Below are positions 53,386 to 64,000 of a stretch of 64,000 bases of DNA, piece after piece (within the stretch, counting starts at the first letter, position 1; each line of letters begins with the position of its first letter). This DNA comes from Eledone cirrhosa. Lineage: Eukaryota. Made by a program: the position numbers and the translations under genes. Location: the NCBI GenBank assembly GCA_964016885.1, contig OZ024747.1, positions 36,270,001 through 36,334,000 of the forward strand, written 5' to 3'. A model generated the notes under the pieces. The model worked only from the letters and a program-made list of their open reading frames with translations, had not been told where the DNA came from and ran no database searches.

Positions 53386-56300
53386 CAAAAAAAAAACAAA
53401 AAAAAGTAAAGAAAATAAAAATGAAGAGAGAAGCAGGCGGACGGACAGAGAAGAGGGGGGAAAAACTAAAACTAAAAAAACAAAAACTAAGTCAGACATT
53501 CGAACACTACATTACAATGAAACTTATGCTTATTCATTTTTGGGGCCCTTTCTGCCTGTGTGTTTGTTTGTTTATGTGTGTTCGTACACAGCGTGGTGAT
53601 AATGCCACACAAGGGCCAAGTGGAACGGCGAATCCACAGATGGCTATGTAACCATACATTCGCCAATCCTCGATAAGAGTGTTTAAATATCGAACATAAA
53701 CAGTTCGAATAACGGTGAAATGGAGACTAGAACGTCATGTGACAGACTCTCACCCAACAGGTGCCCCCTGGCTCAGCAGCAGGAACCTGACTGTCAACCA
53801 AATACTGCTGATGTTGGAGGAAGAAGAAGAAGGAAAGGGGCCAGAACCAACTGGACGAAAGAATTGAATAGAACTGTTATGCAATGTTACCTGAAGAGTA
53901 ACACCAAGGAGAGGGGCTACAGGAGACGGATGCATAACATCTGGAACGAGATTGGTCTATTTAAATTAGATGAACAAAAATTGGCCGGGCAGGCTCGGGT
54001 AATAAGAACTAATGGATGGATAAGCGAGCTGGAACTGGAGGAACTGAGCAGAGAAAATGTCTTGGAGATGGCGGGTGTAGTATGCCAGACCAGCGAGACA
54101 GTGGGAAATGAAGGTGAAGAGCTCCTGAGAACAGAGGAACCACCCGAAGCAGACAATGATCTGAATACTGAGATAAATAATACCTGGAACAGAGATACGG
54201 CCACTGAGAAGATGAATGCTGACGGGCTAGGACAAGATTCGGTTGACATCCTAAATTTAGTGGTAGATGAATTGAACAATGATAGTGGGAGACCTATGAA
54301 CCTAAGATTTGTAGACAGGAAAAAGTTAAAAGAAACAACAGCTAAGGTAAACAAAGTCATTCCATACCTTGAGGCGAGGAGCCTTCACCAGTGCAACAAT
54401 ATCCTCAAAGCAACAGCAAATACGGTGAGGAAACTACTTGGTATAAAAGCGAGAGGAAACAACAGACAAGAAAGAGCAGAGCCGTGGTGGAAGAAACGAC
54501 TGAGTGGTCAAATCGAGGAAATGAGAAATGACATAGGAAAGCTTGAGTCACTACTGAATGGGACACTAAAAAACATAGGCACTAAAAATAGACTGGAAAT
54601 AAAGTACAAAACTAGGAGGAAAAAGCTAAATATTATCATAGAGGAACTGAAGCAACGCATTGTAGCAAAGAGTGCAAAAATCAGGCGATACGAGAACAGA
54701 GTCAGTCAGTATAAACAGAACCGCATGTTCGACAACAACCAGAAGATGCTGTTTGGACAGCTTGAGGGGAAAGAAAGAGGCAACGAGTTGATCCCTGGGG
54801 CCGAGCAAACTAAAACATTCTGAGGAGGAATATGGGAGCAGGATGTTAGACATAATGTCCAGGCAGGGTGGATTGAGACAGTACAGAGGGAGATCGGTGA
54901 GCAGGCACACCAACAAACTGATTTGAGTATCACAGTTGAAACTCTTAAGGGGCAGGCCAAAAAACTAACCAACTGGAAATCACCAGGCCCAGATGGTGTG
55001 TTGGGGTATTGGATTAAAAATGTAACATCCCTCCACCCGAAGCTGACGGCCATGTTCAATGACTGCTTGGTGTCGGGTGAGGTGCCAGAGTGGTTGACAA
55101 AAGGTACCACAGTTCTGATAATGAAAGACCGAATCAAGGGTAATGATGTTACCAACTATAGACCTATCACATGTCTGTCCGTAATGTGGAAACTGTTGAC
55201 GAGCATTGTGTCTGAGGAAATCTACCATCACCTCCACACAAACAACTTGTTACCGGACGAACAGAAAGGATGCCGAAAGAAGTCACGTGGTACAAAGGAC
55301 CAGTTGCTTATTGATAAGATGGTAATGGGGAATTGCAGGAGGAGACACACTGATCTTGCCATGGGATGGATAGACTACAGAAAGACATTTGACATGGTGC
55401 CTCATTCTTGGATCACCAAAATCCTGGAGATCTTCAGGGTGGCAGATAACATCAGACAGTTGCTGGGCAGGAGTATGGGATCCTGGGAGACAGAGTTGAC
55501 ATCAACTGGAGTATCCTTGGGAAGCGTGAAGATCAAGAGAGGTATCTTCCAGGGAGATAGCCTGTCCCCGCTAATGTTTGTCCTTGCCCTGATTCCCTTG
55601 ACCATTATGCTGCGAAAAGTGAGAGCAGGATACAAGTTGGGAAAGGGAGAGCTTACCATCAATCACCTCCTCTTCATGGACGATCTTAAGCTCTTCGGGA
55701 AAAGTGAGAAGGAGTTGGATGTGCTTGTTGACACTGTTCGTATTTTCAGCAGTGATATATGTATGCAGTTTGGTATTAGTAAATGTGGAGTCATTGTGAT
55801 GAGGAGGGGTAGGCTGAGCAGAAGTAACGGGATCCAGATACCAACAGGTGAGATGATAAAGGAAAGTGACTCTGAGGAAGGATACAAGTATTTGGGCGTT
55901 CTGGAGGCTGATGGCATAAAGAACAAACAAATGAAGGAATTGTTAAGAACTGAATACATTCGGAGAGTAGGGAGCGTATTGAAGTCACATCTGAACAGCA
56001 GAAATGCCATAAGCGCAGTAAATTCCCGAGCTGTGTCTATTATTAGGTACAGTGCGGGAATTCTGAGATGGAATGTTGCTGAACAAAAAGAAATGGATAG
56101 GAAGACTAGGAAGCTATAGACTATCTACAACATGTTCCACAAGAAGAGTGATGTCGATAGACTCTACCTAAGGAGATCTGAGTGTGGAAGAGGTCTTATC
56201 AGCATAGAGGATTGTGTTCAGATGGAGAAAAACAACCTATACAAATACGTGACCTATAGTAAGGAGCCAATGCTCAGAACTGTGCTGAAGGAGGGGACAG

Positions 56301-57184
56301 TAGGCCAGGGGATGTCCAAGGAGGAAATAACATCAAGGAGGAAGAGCAGCCTTAAGGGAAAATCCCTTCATAGTACCTTCTTTGAGAAAACTGAATTTAG
56401 AGATCCAGAGATATGGAACTGGTTGAGAAGAGGAGACCTCAAAAAGGCTACAGAAGGAATGCTAATGGCTGCGCAGGAGCAGGCCCTCAAAACGAGGTGG
56501 TTGAAGCACCATATTTACAAGGAGGAGGCTAGCCCACTGTGCAGGATCTGTGGAGAGAGAGAGGAGACGGTGGCTCACATTGTGTCCGAGTGTAAACACC
56601 TAGCCCAGACCCACTATAAGGGCTGGAGACACGATGTGATGGGGAGGGTGACCCACTGGCACCTGTGCAAAGTAAACAATTTACCACATTCTGAGAAATG
56701 GTATGAGCATAGGCCAGAGGCGGTGATGGAGAACAATCAGGTGAAGGTGCTGTGGGATTTTAGGATACAGACGGACAAAAACTGGAACACAATAGACCTG
56801 ACCTGGTGGTTGTGGACAAAGAAAAAAGATCGTGTCTGATTGTGGATGTGGCCTGCCCTTTCGACACGAGAGTGCAAGAGAAGGAGAGGGAGAAAATTAA
56901 CCGATACCAGGACCTAAAGTGGGAGGTGAAAAGGATTTGGAACTGCCATGAAGTCAAAGTGATCCCGATTGTCATAGGCGCACTGGGGACTATCTCCAAA
57001 AGTTTCCAGGGATGGTTAAAGAAAATCGGCCCCTTCACGCTTTTTGGAACGCTTCAAAAGGCATGCTTGCTGAGAACAGCGAGAACCCTCCGATACGTCC
57101 TCAATACCTGAGGCTGCAGGTAGTGGCTTGATATTCATTCCAACGGACTTTCCAGTTAACTAACATCAATGACTGAGATTCAAG

Positions 57185-57217
<33 letters not shown>

Positions 57218-57230
57218 GAAGAAGAAGAAG
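53381..57230 (+). mobile_element. Family A, full-length pseudogenised copy (A3)
   Basis: ORF 53720-57111 broken by TGA (54821), TAG (56117) and a frameshift near 56780. Confidence 0.97.
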
Positions 57231-58256
57231 GTGATCGGTGAACAGGCACACCAACAAACTGATTTGAGTATCACAGTTGAAACTCTTAAGGGGCAGGCCA
57301 AAAAACTAACCAACTGGAAATCACCAGGCCCAGGTGGTGTGCAGGGGTATTGGATTAAAAATATAACATCCCTCCACCCGAAAATGACAACCATGTTCAA
57401 TGACTGCTTGATGTCACGTGAGGTACCATAGTGGTTGACAAAAGGTACCACAGTTCTGATAATGAAAGACCGAATCAAGGGTAATGATGTTACCAACTAT
57501 AGACCTATCACATGTCTGTCCGTAATGTGGAAACTGTTGACGAGCATTGTGTCTGAGGAAATCTACCATCACCTCCACACAAACAACTTGTTACCGGACG
57601 AACAGAAAGGACGCCGAAAGAAGTCACGTGGTACAAAGGACCAGTTACTTATTGATAAGATGGTAATGGGGAATTGCAGGAGGAGACACACTGATCTTGT
57701 CATGGGAAGGATAGACTACAGAAAGGCATTTGACATTCTGAGAAATGGTATGAGCATAAGCCAGAGGCGGTGATGGAGAACGATCAGGTGAAGGTGCTGT
57801 GGGATTTTAGGATACAGACGGACAAGAAACAGGAACACAATAGACCTGACCTGGTGGTTGTGGACAAAGAAAAAAGATCGTGTCTGATTGTGGATGTGGC
57901 CTGCCCATTCGACACGAGAGTGCAAGAGAAGGAGAGGAAGAAAATTAACCGATACCAGGACATAAAGTGGGAGGTAAGAAGGATTTGGAACTGCCATGAA
58001 GTCAAAGTGATCCTGATTGTCATAGGCGCACTGGGGACTATCTCCAAAAGTTTCCAAGGATGGTTAAAGAAAATCGGCCCCTTCACGCTTTTTGGAACGC
58101 TTCAAAAGGCATGCTTGCTGGGACAGCAAGAACCCTCCGATACGTCCTGAATATCTGAGGCTGCAGGTAGTGGCTTGATATTCATTCCAACGGACTTTCC
58201 AGTTAACTAACATCAATGACTGAGACTCAAGGAATAACAATAATAATAATAATAAT

Positions 58257-58262
<6 letters not shown>
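57231..58262 (+). mobile_element. Family A, 5'-truncated copy with ~1.3 kb internal deletion (A4)
   Basis: Junction TTTGACAT/TCTGAGAAATGG near 57735; TAA tail merges into (TA)n. Confidence 0.95.
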
Positions 58263-58292
<30 letters not shown>

Positions 58293-58502
58293 TTAGCGAG
58301 AATCGCAATTCGGCGGGTAGAAATTAGCGATACGCAACTTCCGAATTGTGTTGACAAGCGCTCATTGGATATGAAGATACCAGAGCTATAAACATAAGTT
58401 AAAAAGGTCATACAATACTGAGACGATGGTTAAGAAGGCTTTAACCACCTAAGCCAAAAAAGCGAACAAGCTAAACGGATCAAACAAAATAATATATTAT
58501 TG

Positions 58503-58626
<124 letters not shown>

Positions 58627-59740
58627 ATACTACAAAAGTATGTATTATTAATATATTTTGTGTAGTTAATGAGGTTTTTGTTTTCAATATTACTGTCCTT
58701 GATATTATGTTTTACATATATTTGGATTAAAAGAAATGTATTTCTGAGAGTACCATAAATATTTATCTCAATCTTCACATTATTCTCATACTTTTTGTGA
58801 TATTCATACTTTTATTCAATAAAAATGGCAATCAACATATCTTCCATACAATATTTTCTTTTCTATAAAAGAATATTAACAATTTATGTTCCGCACGCTT
58901 CTGGCTGTTAAAAAGCAATGGGAAATGGAATGTATATATAAAGCGTAAATTGTTTTTCTTATTTCTTTATGAATGATAAAATATGAATATATAACATTAA
59001 GTAACTGTGTCTTTGCTTTGTAATTACAAACAAAAGAAAGAATTATCCCCTTTAAGAGAAGGGACTGTGCTTATTTGTATTAGCTATGGCACTTCATGTT
59101 TAAGATTATACTTCAGTACAAACATTGGAATTGTAATTTACCGACCCAACGTTACACGGTTTGTGCTTTATTTCCGCCAATTATAAGCATCATATACAAT
59201 TTTGAACTTCATCCCTCATCCCATATGTTTGACTAAATATATGAGTATCACATAATGTAGCCATTCTATCAAATATGCTGGAAAAACAATTAATCTACGT
59301 TGGGTCTCTCAGCTTATATACGTTTTGGATTTCAGGGTTCCAAAGCAGTTAATCAGCCCTTCGATTCTGAATATTATCACTGAAATATTAGTACATTTCA
59401 ATATAATTAGAAGATTGCAGCCTATAACTGATGGGGGTTTCCATTTATTTGAAAACAAATAATGGTCTTGTCAATCTGGAAGATAACTTAAACAAAGATG
59501 AATGCCTTGTTCACATTTTACATGTTCATATCTTACTGGAAACATTGTTAGATAGGCTGATCTCTACGGCAAGAAAGGGATATATATATATATGTGTGTG
59601 TGTGTGTATATATATAAGAACCGTAGAGCAAATATTTATGAAAATAACATTAATGTTAAGGATGAAGGCAGCGATGCTGTGCTTAAACTTTAATCTGTTA
59701 TTTTAATATATATATTGGGTGGTCGGGCAGGCCGATACTC

Positions 59741-59878
59741 ATTTCTACAGCTGAGTAAACTGGAGCAACGTGAAATAAAGTGTCTTGCTCAAGAAAACAA
59801 CACATCACCCGGTCCGAGAATTGAACTCACAACCTTTCGATTGCAAGCCCAATGCTTTAACCACTAGGCCATGCGCCT
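59741..59878 (-). mobile_element. tRNA-derived SINE, 5' part
   Basis: Minus strand GGCGCATGGCCTAGTGGTTAAAGC (A box) and GAGTTCAATTCTC (B box), then TTGAGCAAGACACTT. Confidence 0.85.
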
Positions 59879-59884
59879 TCATAT

Positions 59885-61428
<1,544 letters not shown>

Positions 61429-61486
61429 AACTTATATATTTGCTAGCATTAGTGTACATCTGTACGCATATGTTGGTAGATGTACT

Positions 61487-61617
<131 letters not shown>

Positions 61618-61645
61618 AGTATATATATGTATATATATATACATA

Positions 61646-61740
<95 letters not shown>

Positions 61741-61747
61741 GTATATA

Positions 61748-61824
<77 letters not shown>

Positions 61825-61827
61825 CTA

Positions 61828-62133
61828 TATTATCAGGCTATAATTCCTTTAGTCAAAAATACGGTGAAAGCTATTAAATTTTCTAATTTCAAACCTGCTC
61901 ACTGTTTCAAAACATACTTACTTGCCATTTGAACTCGCTAAGAATGTAGCTTCTAATTTGAATGGGAAGAGATGGGTGATGTGTTGCTGTAATGGTAGCA
62001 CAGTGGTCGTGATAACCAAAGATGTGGGTTTGACTCCAATGTACGTCAAAACTCATCTTTTTCCATTTATCTGAGGGTTCTAAACCCCATTATCAGGCTA
62101 AAATTCCTTTAGTCAAAAATACGATGAAAGCTA
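61828..62133. repeat. ~305-bp unit with ~46-bp terminal direct repeats between (TA)n tracts
   Basis: ATTATCAGGCTA-AATTCCTTTAGTCAAAAATACG-TGAAAGCTA at both ends; tRNA-like boxes inside. Confidence 0.7.
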
Positions 62134-62159
62134 CATATATATATATATATATATATAAA

Positions 62160-64000
62160 GAAAAAGAGATGAAATCGAAAATGGAACTGGAGTTTTTTTT
62201 TTTTTTTAAATATATATATTTATTTGGTTCCTTTACCGGTTTCGCAGTTCTTCTGCTTTTCAAAAGGTGAGTTGAGATGGAGGGTCTGTGGTTTTTCTCA
62301 CATCTGGTTGGTCTCTGAATGTTACTTGTTTTATATGGAAAAAGTGGCTCGAAATGCCAGGTTTTTCGAGAAGTAATTTGATTGGTTTGTCAATAATTAT
62401 AATAAATTTCGCGCCAGTTCGCGTTACAATAGTTCTTCAAATAAGAGAGGGGGGTTGTCACAGGTTGTGTTTTCATATATGAGTGTTTGAATTTCTTTTT
62501 ACTTGAAAAAAGGAGGCTCACGAATGCTTTTTTTTGGTTGGTTATAAATGAAATTTGGCTGTCACGTGAACAAGTTTTCGTTACATTTTTGCGCCCTTAT
62601 TTGGAAAACTATTCTGTAGTCTTTATAGTGAATGTTATGACAATGGAGAGATAGTGGTCAAGAGAAAAGGGATTGGAAGAATTGTTCTGGTTCAGTGAAT
62701 ATGGTTAGTTCGCTGGGGTGTCAGAGGTCAGATTTTCTATTGAAGTGATGATATGTATGTTTATTTGTGTGCTTGTGTGTGTGTATGTGTGTATTGGAAG
62801 ATGATTCTATTAGTAGAGATGGGGGAGGGAGTTGTGTGTGTGTGTATATGGGTGTTATGTGTGTGTGTGCGAGTATGTTAAGATGGAGAGAATATATATT
62901 TTGTGTGTGTGTATATATATATGTGTGTAGGAAAGTGGTTCTATTAGTAGAAATGGGGAGGGAGTTGTAGGTGTGGGGGTTGTTATGTATGTGTATGGGT
63001 GTTGTGTGTGGGAGTATGGTTAGCATGTTAATATGAAGAGAATATATATATATATATATTGTGTGTGTGTGTATGTGTGTGTGTAGGAAAGTGATTCCTT
63101 TAGTAGGAATATTTTTGAATGAACATGTTTTCCTTACTTATTCGTGTTTCTTGTTGTATTGTCAGTGCAAACGTATGTTAAGGTTTATTTAGTTCGGGTT
63201 TTTATTTTCTAAAGTAGAAGGTGTTATGTGTGTGTGTGTATGTCATATTATGGTGTTGACATAATGTATATTAAACCTTATTTAATGTTGGTCTATATTT
63301 TTGAATAAACATATTTTCCTTATTTATTCGCATTTGTTCTGTTGTATTGTTAGCGCAAAGGTAAAATGGGAAGACTTGGAATTTGGGTGTCTTATTACTT
63401 GCGCAAATGTCTAGATATGCACTTAGTGGTATCTGTCTCGTGGTTGGATCTCGTAATTGTTGGCGATGAACTGTCATTCTGTTTCTGAGTGTGAGTTTAG
63501 TTTGTCCTATATAATCTTCATTGCATCCTTTACATTTAATGGCATAAAGAAGATTTTTTGATGAGCAAGTGAAGTGATTTTTTACAGTAAAATTTTGTCC
63601 TGATTTAAATGTATACGTGTTGCCTTCAATGAGGTGAGTGCAGGTTCCACAATTAGAGCGACCACATTTTTTGATACTTGGTTGTGGGTTTGTGGTAGGT
63701 AATTTGGCATTGGTGAGTAATGTTTTCAGTGATTTTGGTTGTCTTTTGCTTTTGATTATTTTGTGTGTTTCAAGGGCTTTTTTCATTCTTGGGTTTTGTT
63801 TTAGGAGTGGGATGTTATTGTGAATAGTGTTGTAAGCTTCCGCATTTCTTGGGTTGTGTGTTGAGATATATGATAGAATATTGAACGTACCTTGAATTTG
63901 TTTCTGTTTCCGTAATTCATCAATGCCTATTGCTTTAGCCCTTTCTATTCCATTATTTATTAGTAATAGTGGGTACTCTCTCTCGAGTAGAATTTCCTTT
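62160..64000 (-). mobile_element. Neptune-type PLE 3' part, continuing beyond the window
   Basis: ORF including 63271-63786: KCGRSNCGTC..NLLYAIKCKGCNEDYIGQT..LRNRMTVH..KENMFI. Confidence 0.93.
62230..62267 (-). ncRNA. Minimal hammerhead ribozyme, U3-A8 variant
   Basis: cctt TTGAAAA gcag aagaa ctgc GAAA ccgg TA aagg. Confidence 0.82.

Noticed and set aside
54821-54823. In-frame TGA as selenocysteine or readthrough
   Set aside because: The intact A1 copy has TGG here, so it is a simple nonsense mutation.
59800-59878. tRNA gene
   Set aside because: No proper acceptor stem; it continues into a SINE body.

Overview
Eukaryotic (animal) intergenic or intronic DNA, AT-rich and full of microsatellites. 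SINE type and repeat landscape suggest a cephalopod such as Octopus (inference). No host protein-coding gene was recognised; every interpretable long ORF is retroelement-derived. Main contents: (1) two R4/Dong-type RLE non-LTR families (A and B) associated with (TAA)n, including a ~20 kb head-to-tail array of six copies at 37.8-58.3 kb with one intact 1127-aa ORF; (2) several Penelope-like elements (Neptune-type and probable Nematis-type), mostly flanked by (TA)n, often in inverted arrangements and carrying hammerhead ribozyme motifs, some with a U3-A8 core; (3) a ~522-nt ORF-less hammerhead unit resembling a retrozyme; (4) CRE-like and Tx1/L1-like 3' fragments and tRNA-derived SINEs. Best leads: a multi-pseudoknot RNA just upstream of the family B start codon, a 5' module shared by the two divergent families, a covarying 3' stem-loop, and the hammerhead unit. 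Coordinates were read by eye; boundaries are approximate.
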